From assembly GCA_031425655.1 (NCBI GenBank), contig JANPJS010000193.1, positions 1-64,000 on the forward strand: DNA of 64,000 nucleotides. Reading direction: 5' to 3'. Positions within the stretch are counted from its first letter, which is position 1. Each line of letters begins with the position of its first letter. Below the pieces are notes generated by a model. It ran no database searches, was not told the origin of the DNA, and saw only the letters and a list, made by a program, of their open reading frames with translations. The DNA is from Abditibacteriaceae bacterium. Lineage in GTDB: Bacteria > Armatimonadota > Abditibacteriia > Abditibacteriales > Abditibacteriaceae. The translations under genes and the position numbers were made by a program. This document shows positions 36,252-47,578 of the stretch, one piece after another.

Positions 36252-38260
36252 CAGGATTTCACCTCGGTTTCGGATGAATCGCGGCGCAAACGGCGTGTGC
36301 GGCGCTGTTTAATGGTGTTGGCGGCGGGAATCGAGCCTAAATACAGCAGAACGCCAAAAACTAAAATCGGCCAGAGAATAGGCCGGTTCCACTTGCTTTG
36401 CGAATCGGCTCGTGTCGGGCCGTCCACGCGGCGATATTTCGTGACATCGTTGGCGATGGAGTGGATTTTGGCATTTTTGAGCCAGTTGTAATTCAAGGCC
36501 AAGTCTTCGCCGTGTTCCATGTAAACCATCGGGCAATCTTCGACGGCGATGGCACGCATCTTTTCAATCAGAACGCGCCGCGCCGGTGAATCTTCCATCG
36601 CGCGCATTTTCTCGAAGAGTTTGTTGTATTCGGCGTTGTTGTAGTTGGTGTGGTTGGGGCCGGGCCGTTTGTTGGGGCCATAAAGTAGGAAAACGAAGTT
36701 TTCCGGGTCGGGATAATCGGCCAACCAGCCGTAGGAAATGAATTGAAACTGGCCTTTGTCCACGCGAGCTTGCCAGACGATAGGTCGCCATGGCCGCGAT
36801 TCGACTTTGATGCCCAAACGCGAGACTTGCTTAATCAATAATCCCGCGTATTGACGGCCCGCGGCAGTCACTCCGGCGTTGTCGTAATAAATCGTCAGTT
36901 TTTCGCCGGTTTTTTTGTCTACGCCATTTGGATAGCCGGCTTCGGCCAACAATTCTTTGGCGCGCTTCAGATTCGGTTCGTATTGGCGATAGGGGTTTTT
37001 GTAATTCTCGTCGTAGCCGAAAAGCCCCGGCGGAATGAGCGACTGCGCCAGTTTTCCGTTGCCCTGCGAGAACAAATCGAGAAACGCTTGCGCATCAAGA
37101 GAAAGCGAAATCGCCTGCCGCAACTTCCGCTTTTGCGGCGTATAACCGCCAATCACCGGGTCTTCCATGTTGAACAGCAAATAGGAAATACCGGGATCCA
37201 CGACTTTGCTGAGCGTGATGCCTTTGGCCTTCATTTCCGGCGTCAGCGAACCGGCGCGGCTCACGACCTGCGAATAGTTTTCCTGCGTTACGCCGTAAGC
37301 ATCGAGATAGCCTTGCGAAAACATATTCCAGCTTGTCGTGCTTTCGCGCATCGCCGTGTAAATGACTTTCTCGTTCAAGGGCAGGCGTTTTCCGGCGTCG
37401 GCCAAAAGTCCGGCTTCGCGGTCGCCCGGCTCGCCTTCGCTGGGATAGAATTCTTCCATGCGATTGGGATTGACTGTCAAAACGATGCGTTTTTTTTGCG
37501 TCCACTCTTTCAGAATATACGGCCCGCAGCCGACGGGATGGCGCGCCAAATCTTTGCCGTATTTTTCCGCCGCCTCGCGCGCAATCGGCGTGGTGAAGTG
37601 CATCGCCATCAAAAACTTGAGTTGCGGATACGGCTGATTGAGTCGGATTTCAAAAGTGTGCGGGTCGGACAGATCGAGCCATAAGCCTTCCACCGGCACG
37701 TCGTAATCGGCTTTTTGCTTTTTCTCCTGACGCGCGCGGTTGGCTTTGATGTAATCCGAAAACCCAAGAATTTTATCTTCAAAAAAGCCCAAAACCGGAC
37801 AGGGAACAGCGGGGTCGGCCATGCGGCGAAAGGCGTAAAGAATGTCTTTGGCGACCACTTCGCGGCCTTTGCCGCCGGGAAAACACGGGTCGTCCTGAAA
37901 GCGCAAGCCCTTTTTCAAAGTGAAACGCCACGCCTCACCCTGCCCGCTTTTACCGTTCGCCTCAAACGCATAAACGCGGCGTTCCGGCTCGCGTGCGCCC
38001 AACATCGGCTCCAATTTAAACGGCGACTGCTTGAGGAAATGGTAGTGGTAAAACGAGGGATAAATCGCGTCAACAGTTTGTGCTTCGATGCCCGCCGAAT
38101 AGCTGACCGTCGGGTCGAGCGTGCGCGGGTCGTCGGACATCGCGCGAAAGAGAATCGGCTTGGCCGCTTCGCCCGGCTCATACGGGTTATTGCCGCAACC
38201 GGAGAATAGCAGCGTTCCTAAGATAGCAGCGGCGAGCGAGCGAGAAGCGATGCGGAGCAT
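36251..38260 (-). CDS. oppA: Peptide ABC substrate-binding lipoprotein (family 5) with C-terminal TM
   Basis: Lipobox LFSGC, TLDP, PVGCGPY, WLADYPDPENF. Confidence 0.85.
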   Translation of the reverse strand: MLRIASRSLAAAILGTLLFSGCGNNPYEPGEAAKPILFRAMSDDPRTLDPTVSYSAGIEAQTVDAIYPSFYHYHFLKQSPFKLEPMLGAREPERRVYAFEANGKSGQGEAWRFTLKKGLRFQDDPCFPGGKGREVVAKDILYAFRRMADPAVPCPVLGFFEDKILGFSDYIKANRARQEKKQKADYDVPVEGLWLDLSDPHTFEIRLNQPYPQLKFLMAMHFTTPIAREAAEKYGKDLARHPVGCGPYILKEWTQKKRIVLTVNPNRMEEFYPSEGEPGDREAGLLADAGKRLPLNEKVIYTAMRESTTSWNMFSQGYLDAYGVTQENYSQVVSRAGSLTPEMKAKGITLSKVVDPGISYLLFNMEDPVIGGYTPQKRKLRQAISLSLDAQAFLDLFSQGNGKLAQSLIPPGLFGYDENYKNPYRQYEPNLKRAKELLAEAGYPNGVDKKTGEKLTIYYDNAGVTAAGRQYAGLLIKQVSRLGIKVESRPWRPIVWQARVDKGQFQFISYGWLADYPDPENFVFLLYGPNKRPGPNHTNYNNAEYNKLFEKMRAMEDSPARRVLIEKMRAIAVEDCPMVYMEHGEDLALNYNWLKNAKIHSIANDVTKYRRVDGPTRADSQSKWNRPILWPILVFGVLLYLGSIPAANTIKQRRTRRLRRDSSETEVKS

Positions 38261-38311
38261 AGAAAATTGGGCGCGACGAAGATAATTATACAAAGCGCAC
38301 CGACAAACGGA

Positions 38312-39184
38312 TTACGACCACTGAATTTTGCCTTCTAACTGCTCAATTCCGTGCATTTTACCTTTTTGAGATTTGCTCAACGCGAGCCAGTGTAAGTTGG
38401 GCAAAACGCCCAATGGCGTTACGTCCCTTACATTTGTGTCGCACAGGATGAGAGCTTGCAATTCAGTCAATACAGACATGGGCCTCACATCATCCACTGG
38501 CGTGCCACGCAAATCGAGATATTTCAGGTTGGTGAGTGAAGTCAACACTGTCAATTTTCTTACATGAGTGCCGCTCAGAATCAATGTCTGCAACTCAGTC
38601 AGCCCACTCAACACCGTAATATCACTTACCTGCGTATCAAATAAAATCAGAAATTGTAGTTTCGTTAGTTTGCCCAACGCTGTTATGTCATTCACACTAG
38701 TGCCGCCCAAGTATAGGTGGTGCAAATTGAGCAGATTGCCAAGAATTGTCACATCCTCTACCATTGTGTGGTTCAACATAAGAAATTGCAGATTAATCAA
38801 CTTGCCCAGCGCCGTTACATCGCTGACATTCGTATGCAACAGACTTAGAAATTGCAAATTGGTCAGAGCGCCTAACGCCATTACGTCACTTACATTTGTG
38901 CTACTCAAGTCAAGGCGAGTCAGGTTAGTTAACGCTGCCAACGCGGTTATATCACTAACTTTAACACCGTTCAATTCTAGCCATTTCAAATTGGTTAAAG
39001 TCGCCAACGGCGTCAGATCACGCACGTTGGTAGCCCAAAGATTAAGAGCAGTTATTTCCTTATGCGTCGTCAATGGATTGAGATCAACAATAAGTCGGCG
39101 CCATTCTTCCTCATCGTTATTAGGCTCAAGTGATTGCAGAAGTGCCAGCTTTTCGGGGTCAAGTAATGGATTTTCTGGATTCAT
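38312..39184 (-). CDS. Leucine-rich repeat protein (internalin-type, 22-aa repeats)
   Basis: About 11 repeats of LtnLxxLxLxxTxVsDvtaL; lower GC than neighbours. Confidence 0.9.
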   Translation of the reverse strand: MNPENPLLDPEKLALLQSLEPNNDEEEWRRLIVDLNPLTTHKEITALNLWATNVRDLTPLATLTNLKWLELNGVKVSDITALAALTNLTRLDLSSTNVSDVMALGALTNLQFLSLLHTNVSDVTALGKLINLQFLMLNHTMVEDVTILGNLLNLHHLYLGGTSVNDITALGKLTKLQFLILFDTQVSDITVLSGLTELQTLILSGTHVRKLTVLTSLTNLKYLDLRGTPVDDVRPMSVLTELQALILCDTNVRDVTPLGVLPNLHWLALSKSQKGKMHGIEQLEGKIQWS

Positions 39185-39208
39185 GCGCGGCGTCTGTGGG
39201 AGCGTGAG

Positions 39209-39466
39209 TTATTTATCGGAGTTTTGCGTGCCGGGCGGCAACTGCTTGCCGGATTGAAGAAGTTCCAGCTTGAGGCGTAGCTCAATTTTTTCTAACTCGT
39301 GCGCCTGATTTTCGCGCGTGCGCTGTAATTCAAACGCTAATTGGCGAACCACTAAGGTAAGATCGCGAACTTCCTGTTCCAACCGCTCGGTATTGGCACG
39401 ATTTTCCTTCAAGTCTTCGCCTAAGTTGAAGAGCAATCGTCCAAAGTTGTATATCTTTTCCCACAT
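39209..39466 (-). CDS. Small coiled-coil hypothetical protein
   Basis: 85-aa ORF with heptad pattern. Confidence 0.6.
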   Translation of the reverse strand: MWEKIYNFGRLLFNLGEDLKENRANTERLEQEVRDLTLVVRQLAFELQRTRENQAHELEKIELRLKLELLQSGKQLPPGTQNSDK

Positions 39467-39482
39467 AATTAAAAGGAGACGG

Positions 39483-39683
39483 TCAGGCGCCTGCTAATTT
39501 GTTGAGGACACTTCGCGTTTCATCTAACATTCCGCTTGTTTCCATTCTCAGCCGCTCAATGCGACGCTGACTTTCGGCCATATCTTGCCGGAGATGCTCG
39601 ATTTCGACGATATAGCGCTCCACTGCCACTTCATAATCGCTGTCTTTCTGTGGCGCGGCCTGAATGATATTTGCTTTATTCAT
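39483..39683 (-). CDS. Small coiled-coil hypothetical protein
   Basis: GGAGG RBS before ATG 39683; 66 aa. Confidence 0.6.
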   Translation of the reverse strand: MNKANIIQAAPQKDSDYEVAVERYIVEIEHLRQDMAESQRRIERLRMETSGMLDETRSVLNKLAGA

Positions 39684-39788
39684 TGTTTTGCCTCCGAACT
39701 CAATTTTACAGTATCCGCCGGACACGAGCTTTGCTTGACTCACCTCCTTAAACTTCACAAAATGAAAAGGTCAACTCAGGAAACTATC

Positions 39789-42683
39789 ATGCCCCATAAT
39801 CTTTTCGACACTTTGCAGACTTTCGACTCCGGTGCCGGACAAAACGCGCACTTTTACTCGCTGCCGCAACTGGAAAAACAAGGCTTTGCTATCTCACGCC
39901 TGCCGGTTTCAATTCGCATCGTGCTGGAATCGGTTTTACGCAACTGCGACGACCTGAAAATCGGCGAAGACGACGTGAAAACGCTGGCCGCGTGGCAGCC
40001 AAACGCGCCGCGCACCGACGAAATTCCCTTCGTGGTCGCGCGCATCGTGTTGCAGGACTTCACCGGCGTGCCTCTTTTGGTTGATCTGGCCGCCATGCGC
40101 GCCGCCGCTGCCAAATTGGGCAAAGACCCTAAGATAATCGAGCCTCTGGTGCCGGTTGACCTTGTGGTTGACCACTCGGTGCAGGTGGATTTTTCGTCCA
40201 CGTCGGACGCTTTGCGCCTCAATATGGAAATGGAATTTAAGCGCAATCAATCGCGCTACGAATTTCTCAAATGGGGAATGCAGGCTTTCGATACCTTTAG
40301 CGTTGTCCCGCCCGGCATCGGCATCGTGCATCAGGTGAACCTCGAATATCTTGCCAAAGGCGTGCTCAGCAAGGACGGCGTTTATTATCCAGACACGCTT
40401 GTCGGAACCGATTCGCACACCACGATGATTAACGGTTTGGGCATCGTCGGCTGGGGCGTGGGCGGCATCGAAGCCGAAGCCGGGATGCTCGGACAGCCGG
40501 TTTATTTCCTGACGCCCGATGTCGTCGGCGTGAATCTGACGGGCAGTTTGCGCGAAGGCGTGACGGCGACCGATTTGGCATTAGAAGTCACCGAAGCGTT
40601 GCGCGCGGCCAAAGTTGTCGGCAAATTCGTGGAGTTTTTCGGTGCGGGCGCGGCCAGCCTGCCCCTGCCCGACCGCGCGACCATCGCCAATATGGCACCG
40701 GAATATGGCGCGACGATGGGCTTTTTCCCGATTGACGAAGTGTCTTGCGAATACCTCGAAGCGACGGGCCGCACAACCGAGCAAGTCAGCGCCTTTCGCA
40801 ACTATTTCAAGGCGCAAAACCTGTTCGGAATGCCGCAGGCGGGCGACATTGACTATTCGCAAGTGCTGCAAATTAATCTCGATGAAGTCGTGCCCGGCGT
40901 GGCCGGGCCGAAGCGTCCGCAAGACCGCATCAATTTGCCGGAATTGAAAAATCGCTTTACCGAATTGTTCCAGAAACCCATCGCGGAAAGCGGCTACAAC
41001 AAAACACTGGCGCAAATGGATGAGCGTTTCGAGACGGCCATCGGCCTCACGGCGCGTTCGCCGCGCAAAATCGAGGGCGGCGGCGCGCAGGACAGCGAAT
41101 CGGCGCCGACTGCGGTTTCGGGCGAAGTGCAACACGCCGTCGCAGGCTTGGAATCGGAAAATGACACCGCCGAACTGACTGAAATCGAAATGATGCAAAA
41201 CCGGCCCACGCCGACGCATCTGAAAGTCAGCGAAGTGCCGGATGATGAATTTCCCACCGGTGTCGCGGATTTGGGACACGGCGACGTAGTCATCGCCGCG
41301 ATTACAAGCTGCACCAACACCAGCAACCCCAGCGTGATGTTAGCCGCCGGTTTAGTCGCCAAAAAAGCCGTCGAAAAAGGCATGAGCATCAAGCCGACGG
41401 TGAAAAGTTCGCTCGCGCCAGGTTCGCGCGTTGTCACGGAATATCTGGAAAAATCCGGCTTGATGCCGTATCTCGATCAGCTTGGATTTCACGTTGTCGG
41501 CTACGGCTGCACGACGTGCATCGGCAATTCTGGCCCGCTTGATCCGCGCATCGAAGATGTCGTGACTGGCAACGATTTAGTCGTCGCCAGCGTGCTTTCA
41601 GGCAATCGTAACTTCGAGGCGCGCGTGCATCAAAGCGTCAAGGCGAATTTCCTGATGTCGCCGCCGCTCGTCGTCGCCTTCGCACTTGCCGGAAATGTGG
41701 CGATTGACATGACGCAAGAGCCTTTGGGCGAAGGGCTGGATGGCCCGGTTTATCTGCGCGATATTTGGCCTACGATGGACGAAGTGCGCGATCTGTTGCA
41801 AACCTCGTTCGACGCTGACACGTTTCGTCGCATGTATGCCGATTTCGAGGCGGGAAATCCGCTGTGGAACGAAATCCACGCGCCGACCGGCAATCTTTAC
41901 GAGTGGAACACGCAGTCTACTTATATTCAGGAACCGCCATTCTTCGAGAACTTTGGCCCAGATGCGGGCACGATTTCCAATATTCAAGGCGCGCGGCCAC
42001 TGGCGATTTTCGGCGACAGCGTAACAACCGATCATATTTCGCCCGCCGGAGCCATCAAGCCGACTTCGCCCGCAGGCCAGTATTTGCAGGCGCACGGCGT
42101 CAAAATCGAAGATTTCAACTCTTACGGCTCGCGGCGCGGCAACGACCGCGTGATGACGCGCGGCACCTTCGCCAACGTGCGCATCAAAAACCTGATGGTG
42201 CCGGGAACCGAAGGCGGCGTGACCAAGCATCAACCGTCGGGCGAAGCGATGAGCATCTACGACGCCGCGCAGCGTTACGCCGATGGCGCCACGCCCTTGA
42301 TGATTTTCGCCGGGCAGGAATATGGAACAGGAAGCTCGCGCGATTGGGCCGCGAAGGGCACGCGACTGCTCGGAGTGCGCGCGGTTGTCGCGCAAAGCTT
42401 CGAACGCATTCATCGCTCGAATTTGATCGGCATGGGCGTTCTGGCGCTGCAATGGAAAGAAGGCACTAGCGCGCAATCGCTGCATTTGGATGGAAGTGAA
42501 ACCTTCGATTTAATCGGTCTCGACGACGTGAAGCCGCAGCAGGACGTGACTTTGGTGATCCATCGTCCCGGCGCCGAAAGCGAGCAAGTGCCGCTGATTT
42601 TACGCATTGATACGCCGATTGAAGTCGAATATTATCGTCACGGAGGCATTTTGCCCTTCGTATTGCGCCAGTTAGTCAGCTAA
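39789..42683 (+). CDS. acnA: Aconitate hydratase A
   Basis: [49 protein letters not shown]. Confidence 0.97.
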   Translation: MPHNLFDTLQTFDSGAGQNAHFYSLPQLEKQGFAISRLPVSIRIVLESVLRNCDDLKIGEDDVKTLAAWQPNAPRTDEIPFVVARIVLQDFTGVPLLVDLAAMRAAAAKLGKDPKIIEPLVPVDLVVDHSVQVDFSSTSDALRLNMEMEFKRNQSRYEFLKWGMQAFDTFSVVPPGIGIVHQVNLEYLAKGVLSKDGVYYPDTLVGTDSHTTMINGLGIVGWGVGGIEAEAGMLGQPVYFLTPDVVGVNLTGSLREGVTATDLALEVTEALRAAKVVGKFVEFFGAGAASLPLPDRATIANMAPEYGATMGFFPIDEVSCEYLEATGRTTEQVSAFRNYFKAQNLFGMPQAGDIDYSQVLQINLDEVVPGVAGPKRPQDRINLPELKNRFTELFQKPIAESGYNKTLAQMDERFETAIGLTARSPRKIEGGGAQDSESAPTAVSGEVQHAVAGLESENDTAELTEIEMMQNRPTPTHLKVSEVPDDEFPTGVADLGHGDVVIAAITSCTNTSNPSVMLAAGLVAKKAVEKGMSIKPTVKSSLAPGSRVVTEYLEKSGLMPYLDQLGFHVVGYGCTTCIGNSGPLDPRIEDVVTGNDLVVASVLSGNRNFEARVHQSVKANFLMSPPLVVAFALAGNVAIDMTQEPLGEGLDGPVYLRDIWPTMDEVRDLLQTSFDADTFRRMYADFEAGNPLWNEIHAPTGNLYEWNTQSTYIQEPPFFENFGPDAGTISNIQGARPLAIFGDSVTTDHISPAGAIKPTSPAGQYLQAHGVKIEDFNSYGSRRGNDRVMTRGTFANVRIKNLMVPGTEGGVTKHQPSGEAMSIYDAAQRYADGATPLMIFAGQEYGTGSSRDWAAKGTRLLGVRAVVAQSFERIHRSNLIGMGVLALQWKEGTSAQSLHLDGSETFDLIGLDDVKPQQDVTLVIHRPGAESEQVPLILRIDTPIEVEYYRHGGILPFVLRQLVS

Positions 42684-42689
42684 TTTTTC

Positions 42690-42755
42690 AGCCGGATGCC
42701 GGCGCGCGGGCCAGTGAAAATTGGCGGCGCGGCATGGCATCCGGCTTTTGCTTTT
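42690..42755 (+). terminator. Probable terminator after acnA
   Basis: agccggatgcc...ggcatccggct stem followed by tttgctttt. Confidence 0.55.
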
Positions 42756-42758
42756 GCC

Positions 42759-44441
42759 ATGTCAACCACTACAGAAATCGAAAAAAATCAGGAATTCCAA
42801 ACAGAAACCCTTTTGAAATCGGAACAAAGTCATGCAACGGACAAAGCCGATTTATGGCAGAGTCTCACGGCTCGGCTCAGCCCGGAAACGCTGCACGCGA
42901 TGTTGGAATTTCTCGCGCGCAGCGCTCCCACGCGAGAACTTTGGAAATTGCTGGGCCAAAACGAGCATTTGCTGTTGCAATTACGCCTGACAAAAGGCTT
43001 CCAACGCACCGCAGGCGCCCTGCGCCAGACTCCTGTGCGAAACCGCCTCGTCCACGAAATGAACAACAGTTTCGCGCTCACGGCGCTCTTGCTCGATTTG
43101 TGGACGGAAACTATGCCAACAGTGCTGTCAAGCACGCGAGAATTCGCGGATGACGAGGCACTTTTGGGTCAAATCCCGCAATTATGGAAGCGATTCAGCA
43201 CGGAAGCCCTTTTCTGGAGCCTCCTTGCCGAGGGCCGTGAAGATGTATTGGATGGCTGGATAGAGCAACTCGCCAATGGCGCCACCGCTCCGGGCGAGGA
43301 TGAAACCGAAGCGTCCGAACCAGCCGGCGACAAGGCTTTGACCGAAGTCGCATCGCCCGCGCTGGAAAAGTCCCTCAATGAAGCCCGCCAATCCGCCGCG
43401 AAATGGCAAACCCGCGCCGAGAATGCGGAAACCAAGCTGCGCGCGGCTGCAACGGCGCTGACATCGGAGCGCGCGGAGCATTCCAAACAAGCGCACGACC
43501 TGCGTGCCCAGGCGCGTCAGGAAGAAAATCGCTATGTCGCTGCGCACGAGAAGCTCGTGGAATCGGAGAAGAATTTAGACCGCACCACGCGCAAGCTCAA
43601 AAGCACCGAAAAGCACTTCGAGGAACTGGAAACCGACAACAAACGCTTGAAAAAACAAGTGCGTCAGCAACAGGAACTCAACGAAGAACTGAAAAAAGAA
43701 GCCGCCGGTGTGCGCGCGAAAATCGAGGCATTGGAAAGCGCTTCGGAGGTAGCCCCGACGCCGGATTCGACGCCTTCGTCGCCAGCCACGACACCCTCGA
43801 CCGTTTTGCGCTTTTATCCCGCCGCGCCGACTGTGGCGCCGCAGGAACAGCAATTTATCTGGGACGCCGACGGCCACACAATTCGCGTGACGCCGCGCGA
43901 TATCAAGCGCGCCGTAGATCGCAACGACGAGAATTTCGTGTTTGCGCTGATTCAAGCCATGGACGCTCTGCGCCAGACCTCGGCGGAGGGTTTCAAGCTT
44001 TTAATCGAGCGCCTCAACGACTATGATCGCTACTACGCGCAGGTTTTGACCAAGCACACGACGCGCATTTTGGTGGACGCCAGTAACGTCGCGCGCTATG
44101 AAAAAAATCGCTTCGGCAAAGGCCAAATCCGCTTTCTGTTGGCGATGCGCCAGGAGCTTCGGCGGCGCAACTGCTTTCCGATTCGCTTCATCGCCGATGC
44201 CTCCCTGCCCTACAACATTGATTCGCCTGAGGAATTATTAGCGATGGCCAAGCGCAGCGAACTGGAATTAAGCGTAGCGGGTCAGGAAGCCGACGAAATT
44301 TTGGCCAGAGAAGCCCGGCGCAGCGGCGCTTTTGTGGTTTCCAACGACCGCACATTTCATCATAAAGTGTCGCCCGGTTTTGAGCCGCCCAGAGTCGGTT
44401 TCCAGTTCTACGACGCTTATGTTGTCGTAGATGAATTTTAG
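42759..44441 (+). CDS. Coiled-coil protein with C-terminal NYN/PIN (Zc3h12a-like) ribonuclease domain
   Basis: ILVDASNVA, IADAS, EADEIL, VVSNDR acidic active-site motifs. Confidence 0.75.
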   Translation: MSTTTEIEKNQEFQTETLLKSEQSHATDKADLWQSLTARLSPETLHAMLEFLARSAPTRELWKLLGQNEHLLLQLRLTKGFQRTAGALRQTPVRNRLVHEMNNSFALTALLLDLWTETMPTVLSSTREFADDEALLGQIPQLWKRFSTEALFWSLLAEGREDVLDGWIEQLANGATAPGEDETEASEPAGDKALTEVASPALEKSLNEARQSAAKWQTRAENAETKLRAAATALTSERAEHSKQAHDLRAQARQEENRYVAAHEKLVESEKNLDRTTRKLKSTEKHFEELETDNKRLKKQVRQQQELNEELKKEAAGVRAKIEALESASEVAPTPDSTPSSPATTPSTVLRFYPAAPTVAPQEQQFIWDADGHTIRVTPRDIKRAVDRNDENFVFALIQAMDALRQTSAEGFKLLIERLNDYDRYYAQVLTKHTTRILVDASNVARYEKNRFGKGQIRFLLAMRQELRRRNCFPIRFIADASLPYNIDSPEELLAMAKRSELELSVAGQEADEILAREARRSGAFVVSNDRTFHHKVSPGFEPPRVGFQFYDAYVVVDEF

Positions 44442-44474
44442 GTTTTGGTTGCCGACATCTTTTTGCGTTCCTCG

Positions 44475-44507
44475 AACCTGATAGTTTTCAAACGATTGTG
44501 ACACGTT
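44475..44507 (+). repeat. Dispersed 33-bp site, copy 4
   Basis: AACCTGATAGTT ttcaaacg ATTGTGACACGTT, 5 bp before the larA ATG. Confidence 0.75.
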
Positions 44508-44512
44508 GAATT

Positions 44513-45793
44513 ATGAAGATTCAGCTTCGTTATGCGCGGGCTTCGATTGATGTCGAGGTGCCGGACTGCGCTCATATTTTGCGACTGCAAGCGTCGGCTC
44601 CTGTTGCGGATGAGCACGAAGGTATTGTGAGTTCGTTGCGGTCTCCGCAGGGTTGCATTTCGCTTGATTCGTTGGCGGCAGGACGCGATAATGCCTGCAT
44701 CGTCGTCTGCGATTTAACGCGCCCCGTCCCCAATGAAAAGCTGTTGATGCCTTTACTTGCTTGCCTCCACGACAGCGGCATCGCAGAAAGCAAAATCACC
44801 ATTCTGGTTGCGACCGGCCTGCATCGTCCGAATACAGAAAGCGAGTTGCAGGAAATGTTGGGCAGTGAAATCGCGCGTAAATATCTTGTGATAAACCACG
44901 ATGCGCGCGATGCGGATATGAATTCTTCGCTTGGCGAGGTGCCATTTGGTGAGGACGGTCAATCCGCAACCGTCGCCATCAACAAGCATTACTTGAATGC
45001 CGATTTGAAAATTACCACGGGCCTGATAGAGCCGCATTTCATGGCCGGCTATTCCGGCGGACGCAAGTTGGTTTGTCCGGGCATCGCGTCGGCGGAAACC
45101 ATTTTGCAATTTCACGCGCCGCACATGATCGCTCATCCGCAGGCGCGAACCGGCAATTTGAGGGACAATCCGGTGCATTTGATGAGCCGCACCGTAGCGA
45201 CGAAAGCCAGCATGGATTTCATGTGTAACGTCACGCTGAGCGAAGACCGGCGCATCACCGGCGTGTTTAGCGGCGCAATGGACGCGGCACACAACGCGGG
45301 CGTCGAACACGTTGATAGGCAAAGCAAAGTCAGTTGCCAACCCGCCGACATTGTCATCACTTCGGGCGCCGGATTTCCCTTAGATGCCACGTTTTATCAG
45401 TCCATAAAGGCGATGGTCGGCGCGTTGCCGGCGGTAAAACCGGGCGGCACCATTATCGTGGCGGCCAGCATGAGCGAGGGCATTGGCGGGCGCGAATTCG
45501 CCGCCATGTGCGAATCTTTCGTTTCGCGCGAAGCCTTCACCGAAACGATTTTCAGCGCGCCGTCGGTGACGATTGACCAATGGCAACTGCAAAAAATGAC
45601 GATTGCTCTTGAAAAAGCGCAAATTATGGTCGTCACCGAAGGCGTATCGCCCGAATTTTTGCGGCGTTGTCAACTCACGCCGATGCCAACTCTGGCCGAT
45701 GCTCTGGACGCCGCGCGAAAAATCCACGGCAACGCGGCGACGATAACCGTGATTCCCGAAGGGCCATATGTTACACCAGTCCCGGTGATTTGA
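44513..45793 (+). CDS. larA: Nickel-pincer-dependent racemase/epimerase, LarA family
   Basis: DLTRPVP, ATGLHR, EPHFMAGYSGGRK, FYQSIKA. Confidence 0.88.
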   Translation: MKIQLRYARASIDVEVPDCAHILRLQASAPVADEHEGIVSSLRSPQGCISLDSLAAGRDNACIVVCDLTRPVPNEKLLMPLLACLHDSGIAESKITILVATGLHRPNTESELQEMLGSEIARKYLVINHDARDADMNSSLGEVPFGEDGQSATVAINKHYLNADLKITTGLIEPHFMAGYSGGRKLVCPGIASAETILQFHAPHMIAHPQARTGNLRDNPVHLMSRTVATKASMDFMCNVTLSEDRRITGVFSGAMDAAHNAGVEHVDRQSKVSCQPADIVITSGAGFPLDATFYQSIKAMVGALPAVKPGGTIIVAASMSEGIGGREFAAMCESFVSREAFTETIFSAPSVTIDQWQLQKMTIALEKAQIMVVTEGVSPEFLRRCQLTPMPTLADALDAARKIHGNAATITVIPEGPYVTPVPVI

Positions 45794-45797
45794 ACGC

Positions 45798-46580
45798 ATG
45801 AATCCAGCGCATTCGACAGAGCAAACCCAATTTGGCGATTTGGCGCCGTTTTACGATGAATTGATGGATGTCGTGCCTTACGACTTCTGGGCCGAATATG
45901 TAATGACCTTGTTCGGTTTCGTGGGCCATAATGCCAGCCGGCTTCTCGACTGCGCCTGCGGCACCGGCAATTTGTCCTTCAAGCTGGCAAAACAAGGTTT
46001 GGATGTGACGGGAGTTGATCTTTCTCCCGAAATGATCGAGCAGGCGCTGGCTAAAGCGCGCGGCATTTATTGCGATTTGAAAGTTGAGTTCGCGCAAGCC
46101 GACCTGACGGATTTTTGTCTCAACAAAGCCTTCGATTCGGCGACGTGCCTTTACGATTCCTTAAATTATATTCTCGATGCGGATAAGCTCCAAAACGCCT
46201 TCGCGCAAGTCGCGGCGCATTTAACTGCCGGCGGCGTCTTCGTGTTCGATTTGAATGCGGTTTATGCCTTTGAAGCGAACTTGTTTTCGCAAAGCAATCG
46301 CAATCCGCGCAAGCAGCTTCACTACGATTGGAAAGCCAACTTCGACAACGAAACGCGCATTTGCACCGTTAAAATGGAGTTCAAGCGCCAATTACGCGAC
46401 GGCTCGGTGCAAATTTTCCACGAAACGCATCGAGAACGCGCTTATACGCGCGAGAAAATCGAAGCGATGCTGCACGCAACCGGCTGGGAATTGCTGCACA
46501 CCTTCGACGCCTACACCTTGAACCGGCCCCACGACCGCTCGGAGCGATGGTTTTTCGTGGCGCGCAAACGCGAGAACTAA
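45798..46580 (+). CDS. Class I SAM-dependent methyltransferase
   Basis: LLDCACGTG, GVDLSPEM, CLYDSLNY. Confidence 0.9.
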   Translation: MNPAHSTEQTQFGDLAPFYDELMDVVPYDFWAEYVMTLFGFVGHNASRLLDCACGTGNLSFKLAKQGLDVTGVDLSPEMIEQALAKARGIYCDLKVEFAQADLTDFCLNKAFDSATCLYDSLNYILDADKLQNAFAQVAAHLTAGGVFVFDLNAVYAFEANLFSQSNRNPRKQLHYDWKANFDNETRICTVKMEFKRQLRDGSVQIFHETHRERAYTREKIEAMLHATGWELLHTFDAYTLNRPHDRSERWFFVARKREN

Positions 46581-46656
46581 GCGTGGGCCTTACAAATCGA
46601 GTGAGAATTTGCATACTGTGAGGAAGTAGGCGTCAAGACCTGCGACAAGGAGACCG

Positions 46657-47565
46657 ATGGAACTCTACCAGTTGAAACTTTTCGTTGACCTTGCAGAAAC
46701 CGGCAATTTCACCAAAGTGGCGGGCGAAAACTATGTCACACAGGCCGCCGTTACGCTGCAAATTCGCAAATTGGAAAGCGAATTGGGCGTTCCCTTGTTT
46801 CATCGCACCACGCGCTCGGTGACGCTGGTGGAAGCCGGGCAAAAACTGCTTCCTTACGCCCGTCTCATGCTGCAACAAGCCGAAGAAGCCAAAATGGCGG
46901 TGCGCGACACCCGCGAAGAAGTTTCTGGCTTTGTGCGCGTCGCGGCGGTGCATTCCATCGGACTTTACGAGCTTCCGCCTTACATCAAGAAGTTCCTGAA
47001 AAAGTATCCGGGCGTGAATTTGCGCATCGAATATCGCACTTCAGAAGAGATTTACCGGCTGCTACACGACGGGGATATTGATGTGGGCTTAGTCGCCTAC
47101 CCGACCGAAATGCCGCGCGTGGAAAACATCCCGTTTATGAAAGACAGCCTGGCGATTTTCTGTCCGAAAGAGCATCCTTTCGCCAACAAGAAATTCGTGG
47201 CCATCAGCGAACTTCAAGGCCAGCCTTTCGTGCAATTCGGCGAAGAAACACCGACGCGCAAAGCCACCGATGAACTGCTCCTCGAACACGATTTAACCGT
47301 TAGCGTGCGCATGGAATGCGACAATATCGAGATTCTCAAGCAAATGATCGAGGTCGGCTTCGGTATCGGACTTTTGCCGAAAAAAGCCCTCACATCGGCA
47401 GATCGCGCCGCCGGTTTAGTGGCGGTGCCGATTAAAGACGCCGTGATCGAGCGGCCCATCAGCTTGCTGCTCTTGAAAAACACGCCGCGATTCAAAGCCA
47501 TGCGCGCGTTTGTTACGACCTTGATCGGCAGTCGCAAAAAAGAAGAAGCCGACGAAAACGGCTAA
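46657..47565 (+). CDS. LysR family transcriptional regulator
   Basis: N-terminal HTH TQAAVTLQIRKLESELGVPLFHR. Confidence 0.93.
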   Translation: MELYQLKLFVDLAETGNFTKVAGENYVTQAAVTLQIRKLESELGVPLFHRTTRSVTLVEAGQKLLPYARLMLQQAEEAKMAVRDTREEVSGFVRVAAVHSIGLYELPPYIKKFLKKYPGVNLRIEYRTSEEIYRLLHDGDIDVGLVAYPTEMPRVENIPFMKDSLAIFCPKEHPFANKKFVAISELQGQPFVQFGEETPTRKATDELLLEHDLTVSVRMECDNIEILKQMIEVGFGIGLLPKKALTSADRAAGLVAVPIKDAVIERPISLLLLKNTPRFKAMRAFVTTLIGSRKKEEADENG

Positions 47566-47578
47566 TCGAGGCAGAGAC

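Noticed and set aside
41030..41260. Insertion in AcnA as an intein or mobile insert
   Set aside because: No intein splice motifs; it lies in a linker region that is variable among AcnA proteins
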